A DNA stretch of 32,000 nt, taken from NCBI RefSeq assembly GCF_000007225.1, contig NC_003364.1, positions 990,001-1,022,000 of the forward strand. The letters run 5' to 3'. Shown here piece by piece: positions 15,040 to 23,188 of the stretch. The notes beneath the pieces are model-generated. The model worked only from the letters and a program-made list of their open reading frames with translations, did no database searches and was not told the origin of the DNA. The first letter of the stretch is position 1, and the number at the start of each line of letters is the position of its first letter. The DNA comes from Pyrobaculum aerophilum str. IM2. GTDB lineage: Archaea > Thermoproteota > Thermoprotei > Thermoproteales > Thermoproteaceae. A program made the translations under genes and the position numbers.

Positions 15040-17094
15040 ATGGCTATGTGGGTATTGTTAGGGTTGTTGCTTGCCGTGTTGCTAATTGCCAAGCCGGAAC
15101 CCCTAGTGGTCGAGCTTGAAGAGGGAGTGGGGCCAGTGGAGTGGGGGGTTTACCTAAAGACCTCTGAGGGGCTTTATAAGGCGGCAGTTGTCTACCTCCC
15201 CGCGTATTACGAAGTGGCCTTTCCGGACAACACCACTGGCAAGGCGCCTTTCTACCAGCCTTGGCGCTTCGCCGTGTTGCCGCTCGAAAGGGTCAACAAA
15301 ACGGGCAACATTGTCGGGAGGATAATCACAGACCAAGGCACCATTCTCTTCGTAGACGAGCCCCCCGTCATAATCTTCGCAAAGGAGGCGTTGGCAAGCA
15401 AGCCAGCAAAGGTAATGGCAAAGGAGCTACCGCCCCCAAGAAGTCTCGCGCCGAAGCCGAAAATAACAACAAGAAATTTGGAGAACAGCGAGAGCAAAGA
15501 CCAAGCGGCGAGACCAGAGAGTACCTCTGTGGCTGTAGGCGCGGCTCTTGAGCCTGTGGGCGCCCTATACCTAGCGGGGCAGGCCAGGAATAACCAGTAC
15601 CTTAGGGTATACAAGGCAGATCCCTACGTAAGCCCACCGTGTGGCGACGATTACGTGTACTTGGGCAAAAATGTGCGCCACGCCGCTCTGGGGATTCTCC
15701 CCCGCGACTGGGCCCAGGGTAGGGTGGTGGTAGAGCTCTACAACGTGGCGGGCTGCTCCCTTATAGGCACATACAGCATTACCGTGCCTCCCGGCGGCGA
15801 TTACATCTTCGCCTATTTTATCCTGTTCTCGAAATTCGGAGGAAGAGACGTGAGCAATACAGAGCTGGCCGCCCGCTTTAAGTTCGAAGGTAGCGGCGCC
15901 ATTTCCGCAAACGTGTCTATAGCCTACAACAGAGTCGTGGCAGCCAACTTCCAAACGTCTACATACGACTTACGGCAGTACGGCACTATTTCCTCAAGCC
16001 AGTACTTCTACGGAGTGTTACACGCCCCGCACATTCCGCCAGATGGCTTAAGCGATATGAACATAGATATTAATGTGGTCCTTTACACCGTAGATGTTGC
16101 TAACGGCGTATGTCAGTATAAACAGCTCAAATATGAAGTTTATATTAACAACGCATACGAGGGAGGCGGGTACTTGCCGTGCAACACGGAGAGTAGCTCA
16201 TGTAAGTGTAGCGGTGCTATCACCCTCAGCTACTCAAGCGCCCCCTTCCCGCTTAGAAGCGCCAAAGGCGCCGGCAGAGGCGCCTTATCCGTTGCTCTGA
16301 TCTTCAAAAGACCCGACTCCTCTACGCCGCCGCGGATATATTTATATACAGCATCTCAACGCATAAGCGGCAATTTCTGGCGTGAGATATATACGCCGTA
16401 TGCCCTCTCATGGGAACATCTTCAACAATTTGCTCTAGCACATATTATTAACAGAGAGGCAACAAATATTGCTGTGGTAGCTAAATCTACTGGAACTAGT
16501 ATGAGTGGCGATTGGAATCTCGGCCTTGAGTTAGGCGTAGGCGGTCCCAACATTAAAAGGGTCGATTGGATAAATGTGAGATTCCGCCACAACATGGCGG
16601 GCCGCTTATCTAATATCCCCTATAGACTTTACTACGCAATGGGCGATGCTATAAAACCCGTGAGTGCGCCTTGGTGGCAGGAGCTCGGGGCGGCGGCTGC
16701 GGACGTTATCTCGTTAGTGATAACGATCATACCAATGGGCTATAGCACGAGTGTGTTAGCCGGCTTGCTTACCTATGCGGCGGGTAAGTTCATAAACGCC
16801 GCCACTGGGCAAGTAGTCACATATGGCGACAACTCCACCTTCTACGTCGAGTGGTGGCGCGGCTGGTCGGAGCCCACGCCGAATTATGTAGTGATTAATT
16901 TATACATGGGGTACCAGGGAAGCGACGTAAATCTTAACACTGAGTACATAACTTTTGCGAGTAATCGTGGAATTGAGAGCTATCCAGCGTATAGCGGCGG
17001 AGCCGTGCCTCGTTATTGGGGAAGCATAGGGGAAACAATGACTTGGTGGAGCTTCAGAGGCCTTGCTCACTACACTACGTGGAATCCTAGATAG
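15040..17094 (+). CDS. large secreted or membrane-anchored protein, orphan (about 684 aa)
   Basis: The start is placed at ATG 15040, with aaataaag 20-27 nt upstream. It has an N-terminal hydrophobic signal/anchor MAMWVLLGLLLAVLLIA, many N-x-S/T sequons, a Cys cluster CNTESSSCKC, and a late hydrophobic segment ADVISLVITIIPMGYSTSVLAGLL. Confidence 0.78.
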   Translation: MAMWVLLGLLLAVLLIAKPEPLVVELEEGVGPVEWGVYLKTSEGLYKAAVVYLPAYYEVAFPDNTTGKAPFYQPWRFAVLPLERVNKTGNIVGRIITDQGTILFVDEPPVIIFAKEALASKPAKVMAKELPPPRSLAPKPKITTRNLENSESKDQAARPESTSVAVGAALEPVGALYLAGQARNNQYLRVYKADPYVSPPCGDDYVYLGKNVRHAALGILPRDWAQGRVVVELYNVAGCSLIGTYSITVPPGGDYIFAYFILFSKFGGRDVSNTELAARFKFEGSGAISANVSIAYNRVVAANFQTSTYDLRQYGTISSSQYFYGVLHAPHIPPDGLSDMNIDINVVLYTVDVANGVCQYKQLKYEVYINNAYEGGGYLPCNTESSSCKCSGAITLSYSSAPFPLRSAKGAGRGALSVALIFKRPDSSTPPRIYLYTASQRISGNFWREIYTPYALSWEHLQQFALAHIINREATNIAVVAKSTGTSMSGDWNLGLELGVGGPNIKRVDWINVRFRHNMAGRLSNIPYRLYYAMGDAIKPVSAPWWQELGAAAADVISLVITIIPMGYSTSVLAGLLTYAAGKFINAATGQVVTYGDNSTFYVEWWRGWSEPTPNYVVINLYMGYQGSDVNLNTEYITFASNRGIESYPAYSGGAVPRYWGSIGETMTWWSFRGLAHYTTWNPR

Positions 17095-17098
17095 CGGC

Positions 17099-17626
17099 GT
17101 GGTGTTAAAATACTTGTTTTTCCCTCTTTTTGTCGTTCTTTTTTCGTCCCTTGGTATTCTTCTCGTTGGGTGGTCCCCTTGGGTTGGGCTTTTTGTGGGT
17201 TTGTGGTATTGGGGGGTTGTGTGGTGGTGTATTGGGCTTTGGCACTGGCTTTTGGGAGCCCGCTTGTCGGCGAGATACGCCCTCTTGCTTTTAGCCCCGG
17301 CGGCCCCTTATCTCCTCGCGCCGCTTATCCACGAGGCGACTGCCGGGGCCAGCTTCGCCTTGTGGGCTTGGCTCGGGATGTCCCTCTACTTAGTGTACAA
17401 GCCGTTGAGATTTAGGAGGCGCATTGCCGCCTTTTTGATATCCCTACTCGTCTTCTGGACGGCTGGCGGCCTTGTTGCGGTCCTCCTAGTCGCCGCGTTG
17501 AGAAGAGAGATTTTCGAAAGCCCCTACATCAACCTCCCCGCTCTGAGCGTAGCCCTCCTCCCAGCACTCACTGCCGGGATAATTGCCGCGTGGCTGGCGC
17601 TAAGAGCGCTGAGGAAGTGGCTGTAG
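17099..17626 (+). CDS. Trp-rich polytopic membrane protein, orphan
   Basis: A GTG at 17099 lies 4 nt after the upstream TAG (5 nt from its last base); the track start at 17063 overlaps the upstream gene. It contains segments such as WSPWVGLFVGLWYWGVVWWCIGLWHWLL and about 5 TM helices. Confidence 0.68.
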   Translation: MVLKYLFFPLFVVLFSSLGILLVGWSPWVGLFVGLWYWGVVWWCIGLWHWLLGARLSARYALLLLAPAAPYLLAPLIHEATAGASFALWAWLGMSLYLVYKPLRFRRRIAAFLISLLVFWTAGGLVAVLLVAALRREIFESPYINLPALSVALLPALTAGIIAAWLALRALRKWL

Positions 17627-18018
17627 CATGCGTCCTTGACTATAGCCCTCTTTTCTCAAGGGAGTCTTACTCTCTTTAGATCTCCCTTTCCATCTAACAG
17701 GGCGCCCTGGGCGGCTCTATGCAACGGCCGGGAGTTCTCTTTATTATCACATCGCCCAACAAGGCCATTGCATAGTGCATGCCTCGGCCACCACGAGGGC
17801 ACGCCGTGCCGCGCCCCTCGGCCTATTAAATCAACATATGCGAGGCCCTAAAACTACTCAAGCAACTCTGTGCGCTACGACTTCCAAGCCGATGATGTAC
17901 GCCAGCAAAGTATGCCGATGGGTATACCCTAAAGGCGAGTTTACGGGCGTTAAGCCAAACTGAGAATTACTATTCGACAATAAACTAACGAAAAAAAAGA
18001 CTGTAATTTCTTGGGACT

Positions 18019-18204
18019 ATGGAACGGAAAATAGTCCTCGGCTTAGCGCTAGCGGCCGAAGCGGTGCTGATGTTTTCCGCCACTTATCCAGATCAGAAGT
18101 TTAGACCCCTTGTTGCAAGAGTTCAGTACGAGGCGAGGTGGGGGTTCTTCTTTCGTAGCGCTGATACAATTAATAAAGCTTTGGGAGTAGTAGGGTGGAA
18201 ATGA
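18019..18204 (+). CDS. small membrane or secreted protein (61 aa)
   Basis: It has an N-terminal hydrophobic segment. Its TGA overlaps the ATG 18201 of the next gene in an ATGA arrangement, which suggests translational coupling. An A-rich box lies about 25 nt upstream. Confidence 0.5.
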   Translation: MERKIVLGLALAAEAVLMFSATYPDQKFRPLVARVQYEARWGFFFRSADTINKALGVVGWK

Positions 18205-19070
18205 TAAGGCCCATTGCCCTACTCGTCATAGCGCTAGCTGTTGCCGTGCAGGCAGGCGTGCTGTATGTAAACATGTCTAAATACGTCGTCGAAGTCAACA
18301 CCACCTGCGGACCTGCGTACATATTCACTGCGCCGTTTGACTACGCCCCTCTTCTAGGCGAGTGGCTCGTCGAGCAAGGATTTGTTGAGAAGTATGACAG
18401 CCCCATCCGCAAGAAGGCCAGGGAAATGCTCGGCATAAAGTCAGAAGACAACGTAACTTTAGAGCAGTGGAACTCGTTAGTGGCGCTTGACCAATCTCTA
18501 CTAAGCGACAAGGTTAAAGCCGTGGAAGATGCGTTAAGAAAGGCGGGTGTTGAGGTTATAGAGGTAGGCGGCGCGAGTACAGTTAAGATCCCCAACGACA
18601 GTGCTAACAACGGCACCGTATACGCCTTTGTTAGGCTCGGCGGGAGGCTTGACGTGTTGAAGAGGCTGGAAAATGTGGCCAACGATTATAACATCTCTAT
18701 AATAGTAGTCGATTTGCCAAGAGTTAAGGCCCTTCGGACAAATAAAACAGTGGACTTCATACCGGGGCTAGGCGCCCCAACACACGGCATAGTACCGTTG
18801 ACAATATTCGGGCCGTTTGGCGACGTTGTGTATTACGTGCGCCAGCCTGACGAAGAGGCCATTAGGGCGGTTGAAAAACACTTGAAGGAAAGGGAACTGT
18901 GCGGAGTGGCGGTATTGTTCGTACCTAGCGAGAGGTACGTCCCCCGCCTAACGCCCTTGAGAGAACAAACAGGGCTTGCGGCAGATTTCATCTGGATTGC
19001 GCTGGCCGTGGGGACAATCGCCGTAGTCATAGCCTCGCTGTATATACGTAGGTCGTTGGGTTATGTTTAA
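18201..19070 (+). CDS. secreted protein with C-terminal TM anchor; its architecture resembles the protease-partner family (21361..22242)
   Basis: It has a signal peptide MIRPIALLVIALAVAVQA, an early VEVNTTC motif (compare VVVNKTC), and a C-terminal anchor FIWIALAVGTIAVVIASLYIRR. The paralogy is only architectural or weak. Confidence 0.75.
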   Translation: MIRPIALLVIALAVAVQAGVLYVNMSKYVVEVNTTCGPAYIFTAPFDYAPLLGEWLVEQGFVEKYDSPIRKKAREMLGIKSEDNVTLEQWNSLVALDQSLLSDKVKAVEDALRKAGVEVIEVGGASTVKIPNDSANNGTVYAFVRLGGRLDVLKRLENVANDYNISIIVVDLPRVKALRTNKTVDFIPGLGAPTHGIVPLTIFGPFGDVVYYVRQPDEEAIRAVEKHLKERELCGVAVLFVPSERYVPRLTPLREQTGLAADFIWIALAVGTIAVVIASLYIRRSLGYV

Positions 19071-19094
19071 AATTAGCGCTTATAGATTAATGGC

Positions 19095-19486
19095 AAATGC
19101 ACCGCAAGATCCCGGAGGAAGCAGATATTCAAAACTCGGATTTAATTGCGGGTGTGACTCAAAACCTTATTATATACTTTCGCGGTCAAGTGGGTAACGA
19201 ATTAGTTTATATACTGGTGAAACCCAATGGGAGTAGTACAAAAGTTTGTCCAGGCGATAGCGAAGGTCCTGTCTTCTACATGTGGAGTCAAAGAATAGAT
19301 TCTATGACGGTATATTATGCGAATGTTCTTGGTATTACAAAAGCAACTAATGCCGAAAGGACGGTGTTAGTTGCTGACGAGGCGCTTAATAGGTTGCAAG
19401 TATATCTCTATATACGTATAGATCATGAAAGCGCTGTTACTTACTTTAATACTCGTAACGTTAATCCTTGCGGTACCCCAGATTAA
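19095..19486 (+). pseudogene. C-terminal fragment of an S1 serine protease gene (decayed copy of 22246..23073)
   Basis: Nucleotide homology to the reverse complement of 22246-22600 starts at aaatgc(a/g)ccgcaagatcccggagg. The fragment lacks the His and Asp regions, has an internal frame change, reads GDSEGP in place of GDSGGP, and has a 1-nt deletion that removes the stop. Confidence 0.8.
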
Positions 19487-20461
19487 AGTTGTATATGATT
19501 TTAACGGTATAGTTGTAAATAAGACGTGTTATTTAGCCAAGACGCAGAAGTACTGGCCCATACCTATTGCAACGATCTCAGTAGAGGTAAATAAAGATAA
19601 ATTCGCCAAGATGATGCCCCCTATTAGGGCCTTTATCGAAGAGTTAAGGAGGACACCCGGCGTATATGTCAGAGCCGGAGATGACTACGAGGAGGCGCTA
19701 AATAGGCTGAAAAGAGGCGAGGTGGATAGGGTTTCTCTGTGGTTTGAAGTGTTCGTATTTAACAATAAATCGTTGATAGGGCGTATAGTAGAAAAAGCGA
19801 AAAGTCTTGGGTTGGGATTAGCGGTATACTACATTAATGCCACAAATCCAGGCCCGTTTCCAAGTCCCAGGGAAATACTCGACATGTTCCGCTCTTGGCA
19901 TAATGAGTATATTGAGAAATTATTGAGAAATATGGAAAAAATGCGCTCTTCGGTTTACTTATCACATCGCACGAAGTCCCTGTGGTATTTCTCCTAGTTG
20001 TCAACGCCACAGAGGAGGAGGCCGATAAAGTGGCGGCGCGGGTAAGGGAGATCGTGCCCTGTAGATACCCAATAGTTTACTTTACAGACAAGCTAATTTT
20101 ATTACCGTATAGGGGCCCTGAGGCAGATCTAGGCAATGCTTCCGTTGCGGAGGGCGCGCATGCCGTGTCTTCAGAAGGGGGTACTGGGGGCGGCGCAACC
20201 GCTGTAGAGAGCGCGTCTGCATCGCCTGCGGCAGAACGCGCCGGCAGCAAAACACAATGGACTGGCGTAATGCCGGTAGCCTTGTTCGCGGCGCTTGTGG
20301 CGGTATTGTTAGGTAGGATCACCCAAGGAAGGAATTTACTTGAACTTTTTAAATTCCATGCAGATGGGGGATTTAATGGACGTGGATTACGACGTAATAA
20401 TCGTGGGGGCCGGCATAGCTGGACTGTCAGCAGCCTTGTATACGGCCAGGCAGAGGCTTAA
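19425..20461 (+). pseudogene. frameshifted paralogue of the protease-partner gene 21361..22242
   Basis: It is split into ORFs 19425..19997 and 19982..20461. Both halves align with the intact right-hand copy (AVPQIKVVYDFNGIVVNKTCYLAKT..., ...VVNATEEEADKVAARVREIVPC...). The frame breaks at an 11-bp tandem duplication. The 3' end lacks the ancestral stop and runs into trxB. Confidence 0.8.
19910..19931 (+). repeat. 11-bp tandem duplication (tattgagaaat x2) causing the frameshift
   Basis: The copies at 19910-19920 and 19921-19931 are identical. Removing one gives ...EYIEKYGKNALFGLLITSHEVPVVFLLVVNATEEEAD, which is colinear with ...KYVKAYGNRSLLLGFELDMPLIVLGVINATEEEAD of the intact copy. Confidence 0.9.
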
Positions 20462-21341
20462 AACTCTCGTTATTAGCAGGGATTTAGGAGGACAGCTAAA
20501 TATGACTACGCTTATTGAAAACTACCCAGCGATACCTAAAATATCTGGGCCGGAGCTGGCAAAGAGAGTTGAACAGCAAGCCAGGACTTTCGGCGCCGAG
20601 ATAATTTTCGACGAAGTGAAAGCCGTGGAGAAACACGGCGACGTTTTTGTGGTAAAGACTGAGGGGGGAGATGAGTACAAGAGCTTGGCCGTGATCCTCG
20701 CCTTTGGCAAGACGCCTAAAGAGCTGGGAGTTCCCGGCGAGTCGAAATTTAAGAACAGAGGCGTCTCCTACTGTACTATCTGCGACGCCCCGTTTTTCAA
20801 AGGACAAGATATAGCGCTGATCAGCTGGGGCGACTTGGCCAGAGAGCCCGTCACAATACTCTCCTCAGTGGCTAATAAGTTCTACTGGATATATCCTGGG
20901 GAGAAGCCTATTCACGACGACGAGTTTATAGAACAAGCCAAGAGGCTGGGCAAAGCGGTTTTCGTGCCAAACAGCGAAGTTGTTGAAATTAAAGGCGACA
21001 CTAAGGTGAAGTCTGTGGTAGTTAAGAACAGGAAGACCGGCGAGACCCAGGAACTGCCCGTCTCCGCGGTGTTTATAGAGGTTGGCTATGTCACTAAAAG
21101 CGACTTTGTTAAACACCTTGTTGAGCTTAACGAGAGGGGCGAGATCATAGCCGATTGGGAGGGAAAGACTAAAACCCCCGGCGTCTTTGCCGCCGGCGAT
21201 ATTGTGGCCTATCCCTATAAACAAGCGGTGATATCTGCCGCCATGGGCGTAGCCGCCGCGCTGTCAGCAACGGCATATGTAATGAAACTAAAAGGAAAGC
21301 CAGTCCACAGCCTAGTGGACTGGAGGGCCGAGAAAAAATAG
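20376..21341 (+). CDS. trxB: thioredoxin reductase (FAD/NAD(P)-dependent pyridine nucleotide-disulfide oxidoreductase)
   Basis: It carries DYDVIIVGAGIAGLSAA (GxGxxG), a redox-active CTIC and GVFAAGD. I chose ATG 20376 because the A/T box ctttttaaatt (20345-20355) lies about 25 nt upstream; the track ORF extends to 20340. Confidence 0.88.
   Translation: MDVDYDVIIVGAGIAGLSAALYTARQRLKTLVISRDLGGQLNMTTLIENYPAIPKISGPELAKRVEQQARTFGAEIIFDEVKAVEKHGDVFVVKTEGGDEYKSLAVILAFGKTPKELGVPGESKFKNRGVSYCTICDAPFFKGQDIALISWGDLAREPVTILSSVANKFYWIYPGEKPIHDDEFIEQAKRLGKAVFVPNSEVVEIKGDTKVKSVVVKNRKTGETQELPVSAVFIEVGYVTKSDFVKHLVELNERGEIIADWEGKTKTPGVFAAGDIVAYPYKQAVISAAMGVAAALSATAYVMKLKGKPVHSLVDWRAEKK
21090..21138 (+). repeat. 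49-bp segment of trxB that recurs inverted at 21504-21552
   Basis: gtcactaaaagcgactttgttaaacaccttgttgagcttaacgagaggg compared with the reverse complement of 21504-21552 gives 46 of 49 identical by hand count. Confidence 0.9.
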
Positions 21342-21360
21342 GGGATTTAAATATGCGTCC

Positions 21361-22242
21361 TTAAAATCGATCACCTGCTCTGTACAATACCACCGCGAGC
21401 GTTGCCAAGGCCGCAAACAAAGCCGCCAGCAATACGCCAACCCAATCCATTGGGCTATCGGCGCTTTTCGCTACAAGCGCGTCCTCTACAGCGGGTGCGT
21501 CGTCCCTCTTGTTGAGCTCAACGAGGTGTTTAACAAAGTCGCTTTTAGTGACATTGCCCATAGCCGTCTCATCTGGAGATTTCTGGTGTAGTAAGTAAAA
21601 CTTAGTTGCGTAGTATATCATTGGGTATTCGCACGGCACTATTCCCCTCATCTGGGCCGCCACCTTATCGGCCTCTTCCTCAGTGGCGTTTATGACTCCT
21701 AGCACTATTAGAGGCATGTCTAACTCAAACCCTAAGAGAAGGCTTCTATTCCCATATGCTTTAACGTATTTTTTGGCCCATTCGAGTGTCACCTCAATCA
21801 TCTTCTTGCGGCCGGGGTATTCTGGAGCCTTGGCGTTGATGTAGAAAATCGTCATCCCCACCTCAAGCCCCTTTGCCCTCCTCACTACGTAATCTATCAG
21901 AGACTTGTTGCCGAATATGTACACCTCAAGGGATAAGTTGACCCTGTCCTCTCCGCTGTCTTTCAGCCTTCTCAGCGCCTCTTCGCTGAGAATTTCATCT
22001 CCGCGGATGTACACGCCTGGCATTTTCTTTAAGTCTTCTACAAACGCCTTAACTGAAGGCAACATCTTGGCCGCCCTGTCGATTTCCATCAAGGCCTTAA
22101 CCTTTGGCGCAATCACTTCCGGAGTCTTGGCGAGGTAGCAAGTCTTGTTTACAACAACGCCCCCGAAATCATAGACTATCTCTATTTGAGGCGCCGCCAG
22201 CAACAGCGCGGCGACCGCTAGAATAAGCGGGAGTGATCTCAT
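21361..22242 (-). CDS. secreted, C-terminally membrane-anchored protein encoded immediately downstream of the S1 protease (partner protein, function unknown)
   Basis: A 293-aa ORF with signal peptide MRSLPLILAVAALLLAAP and C-terminal anchor WVGVLLAALFAALATLAVVLY. Its ATG lies 3 nt after the protease TAG. Confidence 0.85.
   Translation of the reverse strand: MRSLPLILAVAALLLAAPQIEIVYDFGGVVVNKTCYLAKTPEVIAPKVKALMEIDRAAKMLPSVKAFVEDLKKMPGVYIRGDEILSEEALRRLKDSGEDRVNLSLEVYIFGNKSLIDYVVRRAKGLEVGMTIFYINAKAPEYPGRKKMIEVTLEWAKKYVKAYGNRSLLLGFELDMPLIVLGVINATEEEADKVAAQMRGIVPCEYPMIYYATKFYLLHQKSPDETAMGNVTKSDFVKHLVELNKRDDAPAVEDALVAKSADSPMDWVGVLLAALFAALATLAVVLYRAGDRF
21504..21552 (-). repeat. trxB-derived 49-bp patch inside the linker region of the protease-partner gene
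   Basis: It encodes VTKSDFVKHLVELNKR, compared with VTKSDFVKHLVELNER in TrxR. The decayed paralogue has unrelated sequence at this position. Confidence 0.9.
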
Positions 22243-22245
22243 GAT

Positions 22246-23073
22246 CTATAACGTATATAGATAAACTTGTAATCTGTTAAGCGCTTCGTCAATAGGCGTA
22301 ACATATATTGCCGTTGGATTGCTAACATCGTTTACTCCTTTTATTAAACCAAGCACATTTGCGTAATATACAACCATAGAGTCTATCCTTTGACTCCACA
22401 TGTAGAAAACAGGCCCTCCGCTGTCGCCTTGACAGGCATTTATCCTCCCCCCTCCATCCTTAATGAGTCTATAGACGAGTGCTATTATTCCATTCTCGTC
22501 AATCACATACGTTACTTTATCTATTTTGAGGCCCCAATCGTAGCCACACCTATATCCGAGTTTTGAATATCTGCTACCTCCGGGATCTTGCGGCGCATTT
22601 ACTATTGTGTAGTACCAGTTCACCAGGGCGTCAGTCTGGAATCCCACTGCGGAGGTGGCTATCCAAGGCCTCACAGTTCTACTTGAGGCCTCTATTTTTA
22701 TAAGCGCCGCGTCAATTACGGGCGTTGTGCCGCTGTAGTAGCTGTCTCTAATTACTGTCCCTATATAGTTATTATCGCCTACGTTTAGGTTCCTATACGG
22801 TTGGTAAACCGCGTCTTGGTACTGGCTATTTGTACAATGGCCGGCAGTTAAATATCCAAATACCCGGCTACCGCTCTCATACCAGTACACAGCCACGCCG
22901 AGGCTACAGTAGCCCACTGTGAAATATCTGTCGGGGGTTTGGTCATACCCCACCTCGATCTGGACGCCACCGGCTAAGTCGTTCCACCTGTCTGTCAGCG
23001 ATAGCCCGTAGGCGGCGGCCGCAAGCACCAATGCCGAAATAGCCCCCAGCCTAGCGAGCCCGGGTTTAGGCAT
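22246..23073 (-). CDS. chymotrypsin-fold (S1 family) serine protease with N-terminal signal/anchor
   Basis: The catalytic triad contexts are LTAGHC (His), DAALIKI (Asp) and CQGDSGGPV (Ser). The N-terminal hydrophobic segment is LARLGAISALVLAAAAYG. Confidence 0.85.
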   Translation of the reverse strand: MPKPGLARLGAISALVLAAAAYGLSLTDRWNDLAGGVQIEVGYDQTPDRYFTVGYCSLGVAVYWYESGSRVFGYLTAGHCTNSQYQDAVYQPYRNLNVGDNNYIGTVIRDSYYSGTTPVIDAALIKIEASSRTVRPWIATSAVGFQTDALVNWYYTIVNAPQDPGGSRYSKLGYRCGYDWGLKIDKVTYVIDENGIIALVYRLIKDGGGRINACQGDSGGPVFYMWSQRIDSMVVYYANVLGLIKGVNDVSNPTAIYVTPIDEALNRLQVYLYTL

Positions 23074-23158
23074 ATTTTACTGATTTTCCAGTCTTTTTTT
23101 TACTTTCACGTTTTGTCGTAATTTTTTACGTTTTTTGGCTAATATGCCGTTGGGGAAA

Positions 23159-23168
23159 GTTTTTAATA
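23159..23168 (+). promoter_or_regulatory. TATA-like box gtttttaata for the S19 gene
   Basis: The centre lies about 25 nt upstream of ATG 23189. Confidence 0.45.
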
Positions 23169-23188
23169 GGGGTGGGGTTGGGTGGTTG

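Noticed and set aside
17636-17851. 71-codon ORF in the gene-free gap
   Set aside because: It has Pro/Arg/Ser/Cys-rich composition, no promoter-like box at the right distance, and overlaps GC palindromes, so it is unlikely to be coding.
17888-17965. Candidate C/D box sRNA: gATGATGt ... aaaCTGAg about 70 nt apart
   Set aside because: No acceptable internal D' and C' boxes exist at the roughly 12-nt guide spacing. The length exceeds the usual 50-60 nt, there are no terminal pairing bases, and the C box is imperfect.
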